The notes beneath the pieces are model-generated. The model worked only from the letters and a program-made list of their open reading frames with translations, was not told where the DNA came from and ran no database searches. This document shows, in pieces, positions 13,467 through 25,600 of a stretch of 64,000 bases of DNA. How positions within the stretch are numbered: the first letter of the stretch is position 1; each line of letters opens with the position of its first letter. The stretch spans positions 133,470 to 197,469 of the forward strand of contig CAVZFC010000035.1 in assembly GCA_963774445.1 (NCBI GenBank), in the 5' to 3' direction. Made by a program: the position numbers and the translations under genes. This DNA comes from an uncultured delta proteobacterium. Lineage in GTDB: Bacteria > Myxococcota_A > Polyangia > Haliangiales > Haliangiaceae.

Positions 13467-14657
13467 ATGACAAACACTCGCTCGCTCCGCCTCGGACTCC
13501 CGCTTCTCGCTCTCGCCTCGCTCGCGTCGTGTGTCGCCGACGAAGACGAGGCCCCCATCGGCACGGCCGAGGCCGCCTCGATCAGCACCACCGAGCTCGA
13601 CGTCGGCTACGGCCTGCATCGCTATCAGGAGAAGACCTGTGGCACCCGCTGCGCCCGATGGTCCGACGAGGACACCGTCGGCGGCACGCACATCTGCCTG
13701 CGCTGGGAACCCGACTGCGGCGGCGGCTCCACGTATGTCGGGCTGTTCGCCAGGGCTGCCGACCTGGGCACGACGCGACAGTTCCCTGCGGTGCGCGACG
13801 GCGCGGGTGACGGCTGCGGCCCCTGGGCCGCCGCCAACGTGCTCAGCTTCTACGGCCTCGACCTGTCGATCGACATCGTCGGCGGAGCGATCTCGACCTA
13901 TCACTTCCCGTTCACCAATCAGATCGGCACCTTGCCCGGAAGCCTGGCCGACGGCCTGCATTCGCTGCTCGACGAGTACGGCGATGGTGATTTCGACGTC
14001 GTGATGTACCACCACATGACCGCTGAGGGGATCAAGTCGGCGCTCGCGGCCGGGGCTCCGGTGATCATCCTGGCCGAGGGCGGCACGCACTACCTGGTCG
14101 CCACCGGCTACTGGAGCCCGCCCGACTTCGGCGGCACCTTCGTCGTGCTCGACAACGGGCGCAGCAAGTGGATGGACGCCGCGGATCTCCAGCTCGACTT
14201 CTCCCCCGAAATTCCCGGCACCTCCTACCAGTCCGGGACCATCATCACCGTCCGCCACAGCAACCCCGTCTGCGAGTGCAAACCCGGCGACCGGCGTGCG
14301 TGTGGCACGTCCGGCGACGAGCAGTATTGCGACTCGTCGTCGTGTACCTGGAGCGGCTGTGAAGTGCCGAATCCGCCGACGATCACCCTCGAGCACATAG
14401 GCTGCTGGCGCGGCACCAACACCTTCTCCGCGCTCGTCGCCCCGACTGGCGCTGTCAACGTGACCCGGTTCGACGAGCAGGTGCACGTCGGCAGCAGCAG
14501 CTGGACCGCGCTCACCTCCAACACCATCCACGCCTCCGGCGGCCAGAGCGTGTCGGTGCGGGCCGCCGCATGCAACGGCTTCGGTTGCAGCAGCTACGCG
14601 TCGAAAACGGTACCGGGCCCCGCCTGCAGCACCGGCGGCGGCGTCGTTGCCAAGTAG
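13467..14657 (+). CDS. Lipoprotein with an N-terminal papain-fold (peptidase C39-like) domain and a Cys-rich C-terminal domain.
   Basis: Lipobox LALASLASC with GGAGG 7 nt before the ATG. Candidate Cys motif DGCGPWAAANVLSFYG, and candidate His in GGTHYLVATGYW. Confidence 0.45.
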   Translation: MTNTRSLRLGLPLLALASLASCVADEDEAPIGTAEAASISTTELDVGYGLHRYQEKTCGTRCARWSDEDTVGGTHICLRWEPDCGGGSTYVGLFARAADLGTTRQFPAVRDGAGDGCGPWAAANVLSFYGLDLSIDIVGGAISTYHFPFTNQIGTLPGSLADGLHSLLDEYGDGDFDVVMYHHMTAEGIKSALAAGAPVIILAEGGTHYLVATGYWSPPDFGGTFVVLDNGRSKWMDAADLQLDFSPEIPGTSYQSGTIITVRHSNPVCECKPGDRRACGTSGDEQYCDSSSCTWSGCEVPNPPTITLEHIGCWRGTNTFSALVAPTGAVNVTRFDEQVHVGSSSWTALTSNTIHASGGQSVSVRAAACNGFGCSSYASKTVPGPACSTGGGVVAK

Positions 14658-14853
14658 AGCGGACCTGGACTCTTCAGTTTCGACGCGCTGATCGATCCGG
14701 ATCGCACGCCGCACCGCATGATGGTCGGCGCGGCAGCGATGAGCGGTCGTCGTGCAGGCACAACGAGCGCCTGAGCTGCCAGACCGCGACAGGCACGACG
14801 CCTCGCGCATCGGGCCCGAGTGAGCGATACTGCGCGCGCGCCCGGAGGCCCCC

Positions 14854-17800
14854 ATGCGAAGCACGCTTCAGCTCGTCACGTTCACCATCATCGCCGTCGT
14901 CCTCGCCCAGGCCGCGCCCGCGCGTGCCGACAGCGTCGCGGACCTCGTCGCTGGCAACGCTCGCGCCCGCGGCGGCACCGCTGCGATCGCCGCGGTCAAG
15001 ACGCTCCGCCTGACCGGCAAGATCGAGTTCGGCAACGGCGACTTTCACATCCAGATCGGTTTCGGCCTCGCCCAGAAGCGCCCCGAGAAGATGCGGTTCG
15101 AGGTCTCGCTGCAGGGCATGACCCAGATCCAGGCCTACGACGGCAAGGTGGGCTGGCAGGTCGATCCGTTCCAGGGCAAGCGCACCCCCGAACGGATGTC
15201 GGCCGACGACGCCAAAAATCTCGCCCAGCAGGCCGAGATCGATCCGCCTCTGCTCGCCGCGCGCGCACACGGCTACCGGATCGAGCAGCTCGGCACCGAG
15301 GACGTCAACGGCACCGCCGCGATCAAGCTGCGCATCACGCGCAAGGACGGCGACGTCGAGTACGTCTACCTCGACCCCGACTCGATGCTGGAGATTCGCA
15401 CGACCGCGGTGCACACGGTCCGCGGCGTCCAGCGCGTCGAGGAGACCGACTACGGCAGCTACAAGAAGGTCGGCGGCATGTGGATGCCGTTCTCGATGGC
15501 CAGCGGCGAGCACGGCAAGCCGCGGCAGATGAAGATGACGCTCGATTGGGCCGAGATCAACGTGCCGCTGTCCGATGCGCTGTTCCACTTCCCGGGCGCC
15601 AACGTCAAGGTCGCGGGCGCAGTGGTCGCCGGTCCGCCGAGCAAGGCCAACACGCCGTCGGTGGAGGCGGCGCCCGCGCCGGCGACCCAGCCAGTGTTCG
15701 ACGCCGGGACAATCTCCGGCCTGGGCGCGCGCAACATCGGCTCGGCCGCGATGAGCGGCCGGGTCGCCGCGGTCGCGGGCGTGGTCGATGGCGGCAAGAC
15801 CACTCTCTATGTCGGCTCGGCGTCGGGCGGCGTGTGGCGCTCGCTGGACGGTGGCACCACCTTCAAGCCGGTGTTCGACGACCAGCCGCTGCAGTCGATC
15901 GGTGCGATCGCCATCGACCCGAGCCACCACAAGACGGTGTGGGTCGGCACGGGAGAGTCGTGGACGCGCAACACGGTCTCGGTCGGCAACGGCATCTACA
16001 AGTCGATCGACGCGGGCGAGACCTGGACGCACATGGGCCTGCCCAATTCGGAGCGCATCGTGCGCATCGTCGTCGACCCCCACCACGGCGACACCGTGTA
16101 CGCGTGCGTCCCGGGCAAGCTGTGGAGCGACAGCGCGGACCGCGGCGTCTACAAGACCACCGACGGCGGCAAACACTGGAAGCTGATCCTGCGCGGCAAG
16201 AATCTGTTGAACCGGCTGCTCGGGGCTGACGATGGATCCGCGCAACCCCAGGATGCTGATCGCCGGCATGTGGGATTTCCGGCGCACGGGCTGGACCTTC
16301 CGCTCCGGCGGCGAAGGCCCCGACGCGCGGTCGGGCAGCGGCATGTACTGCAGCGGAGACGGCGGCGTGCACTGGACCAAGATGTCGGCTCGCTCCAACA
16401 AGGGCCTGCCGGCGGAGCCCTGGGGTCGGGTCGAGGTCGAGTATGCGCCGTCGAATGGCAAGGTCGTCTACGCCCTCATCGAGAGCAAGGACTCGGCGCT
16501 GTACCGCTCCGACGATGGCGGCCGGAGCTGGTCCGAGCGCGACAAGAGCCAGATGATGGTCTGGCGCCCGTTCTACTTCGGGCGGCTGGTCGTCAACCCG
16601 TCCAATCCCGACCGCGTGTTCAAGCCGGACGGCGGCCTGATCGTCAGCGAGGACGGCGGCAAGAGCTTCTCGAACACCAGCGGCGGGTCCCACGGCGACT
16701 GGCACGACCTGTGGATCGACCCGCACAACCCCAAGCACATCGTCGGCGGCGACGACGGTGGGCTGTGGCTCAGCTACGACGGCGGCAACCGGTGGTGGAA
16801 GGGCAACAACCTGCCGATCTCGCAGTTCTATCACGTCAGCGTCAACGAGAAGGATCCGTACAACGTCTACGGCGGCCTGCAGGACAACTCGGTCTGGGTC
16901 GGGCCGTCGCAATATCCGGGCGGCATCACCAACTCGCGGTGGGAGAACCTCTACGGCGGAGACGGCTTTTGGGCCATCGTCGATCCGACCGATCACGACG
17001 CGGTCTACACCGAGTACCAGGGCGGCCACATCGGGCGTGTCAACCTGAAGACCCTGACCAGTCGCGACATCCAGCCGACGGCCGGCTACCACGAGAAGCT
17101 GCGCTTCAACTGGAACGCGCCGATCGCGGTGTCGCCGACCCGCAAGGGCACGCTCTACCTCGGGGCCCAGTTCCTGTTCCGCTCGCGCGACCGCGGGCAG
17201 ACGTGGAAGCGAATCTCGCCCGATCTGACGACCAACGATCCGGCCAAGCAGAAGCAGGAGCAGTCCGGCGGGATCACCGTTGACAACTCCGAGGCCGAGA
17301 TGCACACGACGATCTTCTCGATCAGCGAGTCGCCCAAGAACGCGAACGTGATCTGGGCCGGCACGGACGACGGCAACCTGCAGCTGACCCGCAACGGCGG
17401 GCGCACGTGGAACAACGTGGTCAGCCACGTCACCGGGCTGCCGGCGAATTCGTGGGTGAGCTGGGTCGAGGCCAGCCGCTTCCGCGCCGGCACCGCGTAC
17501 GCGGCGTTCGACCGCCACACCTTCGGCGACATGACCCCGTGGGTCTACGAGACCACCGACTACGGCAAGACGTGGAAGCGGATCGTGTCACCGGCCCAGG
17601 GCGTGCGCGGCTGGGTGCACGTCATCCGCGAGGACACGGTCGACCCGCAGCTGTTGTTCCTCGGCACCGAATTCGGCCTGTGGATCTCGATCGACGGCGG
17701 CACGTCGTGGGCGGCGTTCAAGGGCGGCGGCTTCCCCAGCGTCCCGGTGCGCGACCTCGTCGTGCAGCGTCGCGAGAACGACCTGGTGGTCGCCACTCAC

Positions 17801-18823
17801 GGCCGCGGCATCTGGATCATCGACGACATCTCGCCGCTGCGCGCGCTGACGCCCAAGTCGCTGCAGGTGCGCACGGAGCTCTTGCCGTCGCGCCCGATCC
17901 AGCAGCGCATGCCGGCCCACGGGGGCTGGGTAAACGGCGACGCCTCGTTCGTCGGCGACAACCCGCCGGGCGGGGCGGTGATCACCTACTATCTGCGCGG
18001 TCGCCACGTCTACGGCGACATCAAGCTCGAGATTCTCGACGCGCACGGCAAGGTCGTCGACACCGTGACGCCGACCAAGCGTCGAGGCATCAACCGGGTC
18101 TCCTGGTCGATGCAGGTCGAGCCGCCGCAGGTTCCGCACGCCGCGCAGCTCGCCTTCGAGGCGTCGCAGGGGCCGCGGGTCGTGCCCGGCACCTATACGG
18201 TGCGGCTGACCAATGGCGCCGACGTGATCGAGAGCAAGCTGAAGATCGTGCTCGATCGCCGCGCCAACTACACCGTCGCCGACCGCAAGGCTCAGTTCCA
18301 GGCGGTGATGAAGGCGCACGCGCTGTTCGGCGACATGAGCAAGCTGGTCCAGCGCATCGACGGGCTCCGCGCGACGACCGCGGCCCGGGCGCACGGGCTG
18401 CCCGCGTCTGACGCCCTGGGCCAGAAGCTGCGCGCGGCGATCGCCGCCCTCGACGAGGTGAAGCGCAAGATCGTGGCGACCAAGGAGGGCGGCGCCATCA
18501 CCGGCGAGGAGCGCATCCGCGAGCACCTCGCCCAGGTCTACGGCGCGCTAAACGGGTGGGAAGGCCGCCCCGCCCGCTACCAGGTCGCACGGGTCGAGGT
18601 CTTGCGTCGCGAGCTCGACGACGTCGACAAGCAGCTCGCCGGCGTGGTCGCCAAGCAGATCAAACCGCTCGCGACGCTGCTCCAGCAGCACAAGCTGGCT
18701 CCGATCCGGATCTCGGCCGTGACCCCGCCGCCACGGATCGAAGAGGTCGCCGTCCGCTGCATTGCGAGCCGGGGCGACGACTGCGACCCCGGCGAGGAAG
18801 CGGCCGCCGAAAACGACCGCTGA
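14854..18823 (+). CDS. Secreted protein with a LolA-like N-terminal domain followed by a BNR/Asp-box beta-propeller (sortilin/VPS10-like) and a C-terminal coiled-coil region. There is an apparent frameshift near 16215.
   Basis: Signal peptide MRSTLQLVTFTIIAVVLAQAAPARA. Asp-box repeats (SLDGGTTF, SIDAGETW, TTDGGKHW, then SGDGGVHW, SDDGGRSW, SEDGGKSF, SYDGGNRW ...) continue across the junction of ORFs 14854..17283 and 16232..18823. Confidence 0.7.
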
Positions 18824-18957
18824 GCGGCGCTCCGGTACCGCGGCAAGGTCGCGGTGGCTCGCGCGCGACGCCCGCGCCGTGAACTCCCGGCCACACTGGC
18901 TCGCCACTGCCCTGGTGTTTCGGCCACCTACATGCCCGGCCCCTTCCGGCACTCGGG

Positions 18958-19809
18958 TTGCAGCTCCCCGCCGGCGTGCAGGTCCGCATCCGCGTGCTCG
19001 TCTCCGCCGCCGCCGGCATGGCTCTCCTGGGCCTCACCGTGTCGGCGCGCGCCGACTACGCGCCCGGCCGCGTCCCCGAGGGCGCGAACGCCTTCACCGT
19101 CGCGCGCCACGAGCTGCGCCTCTCGGTCCTGGGCACGTCGGCGTACGGCATCACCGATCACACCGAGATCTCGACCTACCTGCTCGGCGACGCGGTGCTG
19201 TTCCCCAACCTGGCGCTCGAGCACACCTTCCACGACGACGGCACGCTCGTCGCCAGCTGGTCGCTCGGCGTCGGCGCCGGCGCGCTTCCGGTGGTCGCGG
19301 GCGTGGCCATCCCGCTGCCCGGCGGCGTCTTCGGCGGCGGCACGCTCGGCGTGGTCGGGGCCTCGGCACAGGACGCCGAGCTCGAGCTGTCGCTGCGCGC
19401 CACCGATATGCTCACACTCTCGGTCGGTGGCGGCGCGTTCGCGCTCGAGGGCGGCTTTGCCGGCCTGATCGCGGGCGCAGGGGCGGGTGGTGGCGGGGCC
19501 GGCGGGGCCGGCGGTGAAGTCGCGCTCGGCGGCTCACGCGCCGGCGCCACTGCCGGTGCCGAGGCCGACCTGACTCTCGGCCGCCACGACGTGGTCGTCG
19601 CCGGCGCCGAGGCCTGGTTCTTCCGCCCGTACTACCAGGACGGCCCCGATGGCCTGGTCTACGCGCACGTCGCGTGGACCCACGCCTGGACGCACTTCCA
19701 CCTGTCGCTCGGCGCCTACGGTTTCGTTGACGTTCCCGACGCCAAGATTCTTCACGACAGCCAGATGCCGGTCGCGCCCTACGCCAACGTCGCCTGGTCT
19801 TGGCAGTAG
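18958..19809 (+). CDS. Hypothetical secreted Gly-rich protein.
   Basis: Signal-peptide-like N-terminus ..VRIRVLVSAAAGMALLGLTVSARA. High GC3 coding signal. No recognisable domain. Confidence 0.45.
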   Translation: MQLPAGVQVRIRVLVSAAAGMALLGLTVSARADYAPGRVPEGANAFTVARHELRLSVLGTSAYGITDHTEISTYLLGDAVLFPNLALEHTFHDDGTLVASWSLGVGAGALPVVAGVAIPLPGGVFGGGTLGVVGASAQDAELELSLRATDMLTLSVGGGAFALEGGFAGLIAGAGAGGGGAGGAGGEVALGGSRAGATAGAEADLTLGRHDVVVAGAEAWFFRPYYQDGPDGLVYAHVAWTHAWTHFHLSLGAYGFVDVPDAKILHDSQMPVAPYANVAWSWQ

Positions 19810-19820
19810 AGAGCGGGGTC

Positions 19821-20540
19821 CTAGTCGCCGCGGCTGGTGCGGCACTTGTCCGACGACAGCGTGCACGGGTAGGCGAACTCGGCGTCGATGACGATCGGCG
19901 TGTCGTGCTCGGCGAGCACCGGCGCGACCGTGGCCGGCAGGTGAAAGGTGCCGGCCACGCCGCCGTCGTCGAAGCGGGTGACCTCGAGCGTCCCCTCACC
20001 CGCGAGCCCGATCCCCATCATGTGGGTCGTCTGCTTCTTGCCGGCAAACTCGACTTCGAAGTCGCCGTGGCGGGCGCCGATCACCATCACCATCTGGCCC
20101 GGTTGGGGCTTGCTGTGCACGACCACGTATTTGTGGGGACCGTAGGGAATGTCGGCCGGCTTGGCGTTGGGCGCGGCCGCCAGCGCCACGAACCACGGGT
20201 CGTCCGAGGCACCGCAGTTGAGCGTGAACAGCGTGGTCTTGAACGGCAGCTTGTCCCACGGCGCGTCCTGCCACAGGTCGGAGCCGAAGCCCATGGTGCC
20301 GCCGCCGACGTGCTCGGCGTGATCGCTGATGCCGCCGCTGATCGTCATGCGGCAGTACCCGTCGCGCTGCGGATCCGCGGCCGGCTTCGGCGCCGCCGGG
20401 GCGGCGGGCGGCGCAGCGGCAGGCGCCTCGGTCCGCGGCGACGGAGTGCTGCCCGGGGGCGGCGCCTCTCCCGCATCGTTCTTGCCGCAGGCGATCAGCG
20501 CCACACCGATCGCGATTACCAACCCGTAGATCCGTCTCAT
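19821..20540 (-). CDS. Hypothetical lipoprotein.
   Basis: MRRIYGLVIAIGVALIACG lipobox followed by a Pro/Ala-rich linker. No recognisable domain. Confidence 0.55.
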   Translation of the reverse strand: MRRIYGLVIAIGVALIACGKNDAGEAPPPGSTPSPRTEAPAAAPPAAPAAPKPAADPQRDGYCRMTISGGISDHAEHVGGGTMGFGSDLWQDAPWDKLPFKTTLFTLNCGASDDPWFVALAAAPNAKPADIPYGPHKYVVVHSKPQPGQMVMVIGARHGDFEVEFAGKKQTTHMMGIGLAGEGTLEVTRFDDGGVAGTFHLPATVAPVLAEHDTPIVIDAEFAYPCTLSSDKCRTSRGD

Positions 20541-20958
20541 GGCTGCATCCTAGCGGCCGGCGCCAGTCGGGCGCGCGGCCCGCGGGCGGAACCTGCCGGC
20601 AAAGCTGTCACTTCGAACCGATGCCGCCGCCGAAGCTGCAGGGCAAGAGGAGGGCGAAGATCGCCAGGCGAGGGAGGAGGGGGATGAATCGAGACATGCC
20701 GCGGCGCCGTTGCCCTGGCCGGGCCACCTCCGCGGCCGGCGAAAGGTTCGTTTCTGCGGCCGCTTCTCGAGCGCAGTCCCGGGGGAGGTCCGTTCGCGGG
20801 CGTCTCGCGCTGTCACCTGTCTCGTCCGCGAGACACCCGCCGCCGGCGCGTGAGACAGCAGGTGCCGCCTGGCGGTGCTTCTGGCGCGTGCCGCGCGCGG
20901 CACATGGGATGCACGGGGAGTGGCTTTCGCATTATCCCCCTCGAAAAAGGAACCTCCT

Positions 20959-22567
20959 GTGCATCTCAGAATTTCCCTGTGGATCGTCATGGCCGTGAGC
21001 GCGAGCCACATCGCCGGCTGTGTCGGAATCGATGACGACGCTTCGGACGAGGTCGGCGTCACCTCGGCGCCGCTCTACGTCGCGAGCGACAAGATCTGGA
21101 AGGACAAACAGATCCCCGTCTGCTGGGTGAATCCCAGCAGATCGAACGCGGCCGAGCGGCAATGGGTGCGCGCCGCGGTCGAGCGGACGTGGGTGGCCGC
21201 GTCGGCGGTCACCTTCACCGGGTGGGGCACCTGCGCCCTGAATGCCCCGGGCCTGCACATCGTCGCCAAGGACGAGGGCCCGCATACCAACGGTCTGGGG
21301 TCGGCGCTGTCCGGCAGCCCCGCCGGCATGGTCCTCAACTTCACGTTCGCCAACTGGAACCAGAGTTGCCAGCAGACCCGCCAGGACTGCATCGAGAAGA
21401 TCGCGGTGCACGAGTTCGGCCACGCGCTGGGTTTCGCGCACGAGCAGAATCGACCCGACACGCCGAGCTGGTGTGACGCCGAGCAGGGCAGCAACGGCGA
21501 CGTCACCATCGGTGCCTGGGACCTGGACTCGGTGATGAACTACTGCAACCCGGAGTGGAACGGCGACGGCACCCTCAGTGCGACCGACATTCGCGGCGTA
21601 CAGGAGATGTACGGCGCCAACAGCGCGTTCCTCTATCCGTTGACCGGCTCGGGGTTCTGGACCTCCTCCGCGCGGTTCCCGCTGGCCAACGTGTGGCCGA
21701 GCCAGAAGTGGCTGACCGGCGATTTTGACGGCGACGGCGACACGGATCTGGTCAACGTCTACGGCTCGCCGGACGGCAAGGCGCGGGTATGGCTGCAGCT
21801 GGCCACGGGCTGGGGCTTCGACTACCAGAGTAGCTTGCAGACGATGGCCGGCTTCTGGGACGGCCAGCGCTGGTTGGTTGGTGATTTCGACGGCGACGGC
21901 AAGGACGACCTGGTGAACGTGTACGGATCGGGCGGCAAGGCGCGGGCGTGGGTCCATCGGTTGACCGGCACCGGGTTCGAGTATCAAACGAGCTTGCAGA
22001 CGCTGGCCGGCTTCTGGGACAGCCAGCGGTGGATGACCGGTGACTTCGACGGCGACGGCAAGGACGACCTGGTGAACGTGTACGGATCGGGCGGCAAGGC
22101 GCGGGCGTGGGTCCATCGGTTGACCGGCACCGGGTTCGCCTATCAGACGAGCTTGCAGACGCTGGCCGGCTTCTGGGACGGGCAGCGGTGGATGACCGGC
22201 GACTTCGACGGTGACGGCAAGGACGATCTGGTGAACGTGTACGGATCGGGCGGCAAGGCGCGGGCGTGGGTCCATCGGTTGACCGGCGGGGGCTTCGAGT
22301 ATCAGACCAGCTTGCAGACGCTGGCCGGCTTCTGGGACGGGCAGCGGTGGATGACCGGCGACTTCGACGGTGACGGCAAGGACGATCTGGTCGACGTCTA
22401 CGAGGATTTCGAACGACCTGGCCCGAGCGTGGGTGCACCGTTCGACCGGCTCCTCCTTCGAGTACCAGACCAGCCTGCAGACCCTGCAGGGCTTCTGGCC
22501 CAGCCAGGTGTGGATCACCGGCAACTTCAACGGCGCCGGCGGCGACGATCTGCTGACGATCTACTGA
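20959..22567 (+). CDS. Astacin-like (M12A) zinc metalloprotease lipoprotein with five C-terminal FG-GAP-like 53-aa repeats. An apparent frameshift sits near 22410 in the last repeat.
   Basis: Zn-binding signature HEFGHALGFAHEQNRPD and a Met-turn SVMNY. Repeat unit GDFDGDGKDDLVNVYGSGGKARAWVHRLTGTGFEYQTSLQTLAGFWDGQRWMT. The last unit continues in another frame (ORF 22370..22567) and ends ..DDLLTIY*. GTG start at 20959 with AAGGA upstream. Confidence 0.75.
21719..22520 (+). repeat. Five tandem 159-bp in-frame repeats. Units starting at 21880, 22039 and 22198 are more than 95% identical at the DNA level.
   Basis: Direct comparison of units, e.g. ggtgatttcgacggcgacggcaaggacgacctggtgaacgtgtacggatcgggcggcaaggcgcgggcgtgggtccatcggttgaccggc, recurring with period 159. 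Confidence 0.8.
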
Positions 22568-22636
22568 CCGTCTGCTGCACCAAGACGCGGGCCCGGACAG
22601 CGAGCGTTGTCCGGGCCCGTTCGAGATCGCGGGAGG

Positions 22637-25600
22637 TCAAAGGCCGGTGCCGCGCCGCCAGGCGGCGACCCGCTTCAGCTGCGAGCGATCGGTGTTGGTC
22701 TGGCCGCGGTGGTAGGTGGCGGCGGCGGCGGTGATGATCTGCTGCGCGCGCTGGCGATCGTGGGTGGCGCTCCAGACCGCCTGAGCCAGGGCGAACTGGG
22801 TCCGGCCCAGCTCCCGCGGGGCGACGTTGCCCTCGCGCCGAATGCGCTCGGCCCGCTCGAGGTACGGCAGCGCCTCCTGCGGGCGGTCGCGCTCGAGCGC
22901 GATCTCGCCCAGCGCGGTCAACGGCCACGCCAGGTCTGGATGCTCACGCCCGGTGTCGGCGCGCTCGGCGGCGTGAACCTTCTCGTAGATTGCCAGCGCG
23001 CGTCGCTGGTACTCCACCGCCTCGTCGTAGCGCCCTTGCTTGCGCAACAAATCGCCGAGGTTGGTGTAGCTGTCGCCGGCGCTGTTGCCCTCCGAAATGG
23101 TGGCCAGCTCGCGCTCGCGTGCCGACTGCAGGTAGAGATCGATCGCTTCGTCGATCCGGTCGCTGTCTTCGGCGATCATCGCCATGTTGTTCAGCGTGTT
23201 GCCGCGCCGGCTGTGGTTCCCCGTCGGCTCGCGCGCGTAGATCTGCAGCGCGCGCTGAAAGTGGCGCAGCGCTTCGTCCGGGTGGCCCAGCTCGTTCGCC
23301 ACCAGCCCGAGATTGTTGTGGGCGCTGGCGATCAGTGGGTGGTACTCGCCCACGACCTGCTCGAGGATGTGCAGTCGCTCTAGGTTGGCCGCCTGGGCGT
23401 CGTCCAGCTCACCCTTCTGGTAGTGGAGGCTGCCGAAGACATTGTAGATGTCCGCCAGCTCGCCCGAGGCCTTGCCCAGGCGATCCGCGGCCAGCGTACG
23501 CGCCCGATCGAGGATCGCGATGCTCTCGTCGAACCGGTGCGCCCTCACCAGGATCCGCGCCAGGTTGTTCATCGCCTGCAGCCGCACCCTAACCGGTAAG
23601 ACGTGGAGGCGGTCGTCCACGCCCAGCGCCTGGCGCAGCGCCTTCTCGTCGGGACGCGAGGCCAGGGCGCGAAGCGTCTCGGGATGCTCGGCCCCGAGCG
23701 CGGAAAACAGCAGCTGGTAGGCGCGCTCGAAGGTCTCCTCGTAGCCGGGTGTTCGCCGCAGGCCGCCTTCGTGCAGGGTGCGGCCGAGATCGAGCATGCT
23801 CTCGGCGCGCTCGACCGGGTAGCCCGCCGCGTCGCTGTCGTCCACCGCACCCTGGTACAGGTCGGCCGCCCTGCTGACGTTGCCGCGCGCGACCTCCAGC
23901 GCGCCCAGCGCGCGCAGGCCGCGCGACTTCGCGCGCGGGTCGGTGGCGATGTCGATGCGCGCCAGGAGCAGCTTCTCCCAGTGATCGGCGTCGCCGAAGC
24001 TGCCGTTGCGCGCCGACACCTCGACCCGCCCGGCGCTGGCCTCGAGTAGCACCTGCGAGTTTCGCTGGTGGAGGGCGGCCAGATACGCCGACTCGAACGC
24101 CTTGCTCGCGGCGTCGTCCTCGGCGAGGAGCGAGTGCGCGGTGCCCAGCTCGAGCTGCAGCTTGGCCGTCAGATAGAGCTCGACGTTGGGCTCCCGATCG
24201 AGCAGCGCCAGAATGCGCTGCTTGGCCCCCGCGTAGTCGCCGGTCAGTCGCTCGGCGCGAGCCTGGGCCAGCGCCGCGCGAACGCGGGCGCGCTGCGCGG
24301 CAACGGCGCTCGTGGCCGGCGGGGGCGAGTCGGCGCGGAGGTTGTTCGGATCCCGGCAATAGTCGATCGGTACGAGCTGCTCGACGGCGCCGGCGGCCTC
24401 TTGCAGCGTCTCGGCGTCCGAGGGATCGCTCAGCCGCGCGGTCAGGGCAGCGAGCTCGGCCTTGCGCTCCTCGAGACACCGGGTGCGAAGGTCGAGGAGC
24501 TCGTGGGACTGGCTTCCGCGCCAGTATGTGTCCCGACACGATTCGCGGTACAGGCCGCGCCACCCGTCGACGTAGCGATCGAGCGGCCTGGCGGTGGCGG
24601 TGAAGCTCTGCGCGGCAAAGGAGGTCCCGGTGGCGCGAAACGCGGCTTGCAATGCCGTCCGCACGCGGCCGTCCCAGATGCCGGAGAACGCGCTCGTGGG
24701 CGCGACGCACGCCGGGCGAGCATCACCGCGTGCGCGATAGCCGATGACCGCGGCGATCGCGATGATCGCCAGTGTCGCGGCCAGCGCGAGCCGGGCGCGG
24801 TGCCTCGAGATCCAGCGGCGGGCCAGCTCCCACGCGCTGTAGTCGTGCGCCGAGATCATCTGCCCGCCGCGGAACCGCCGCAGCTCCTCGGCCAGCTCGC
24901 CGGCGTCGCGGTACCGATCGCCGGGGTCCGGCGACAGCGCGCGGCGGGCGATGGCGACGAGCTCCCTGGGCGCTCGCCCGCCCTCGTCGGCGAGGTCGCG
25001 CAGGGGCTGCTGGGGATCCGGCGCCGAGAGCATGCTGCCGTCGTCATCCGATGGCCGCGACCACCGCGTCGGGCTGTCGGCGATCAGGTCGCGCAGCATC
25101 ATGCCGAGGGCGTAGACGTCGGTGCGCTCGTCAACCTCGGCGCCCGCGAACTGCTCGGGCGCCATGTACGCCGGCGTGCCCATCACCGCGCCGGTCTGCG
25201 TGAGCTGGTCGTCGCCCGCTTCGGCCGGCTCGGGGTCGTCGTCGTCCGGGGCGCCCAGATCCTTGGCCAGTCCCCAGTCGATGACCACTGTCTCGCCGAA
25301 CTCGCCGACGATGACGTTGGCCGGCTTGAGGTCGCGATGGATGATCCGCTTGGAGTGTGCGTACGCGACGGCATCGGCCACTGCGATGACGTTTGGGATC
25401 AGGGCGAGCCGCTCGGCCCGGCTCGCGGCCCGCGCGAGCAGCTGCTTGAGCGGCTCGCCCTCGACCATCTTCATCGCGTAGAGGGCGCGGCCGTCGGGCC
25501 AGGTGCCGGCCTCGTACACCGAGACGATGCCCGGGTGATCGAGCCGCGCGGTGATCAGCGCCTCGCGCACGAAACGCGCCTGCGAGCGCGGCCCGTAGGA

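Noticed and set aside
16232-18823. Second BNR ORF as an independent gene starting MDPRNP
   Set aside because: Asp-box repeats and propeller continuity run across the junction with 14854..17283. An in-frame stop lies 8 codons upstream of the ATG. I treat it as the downstream half of one frameshifted gene.
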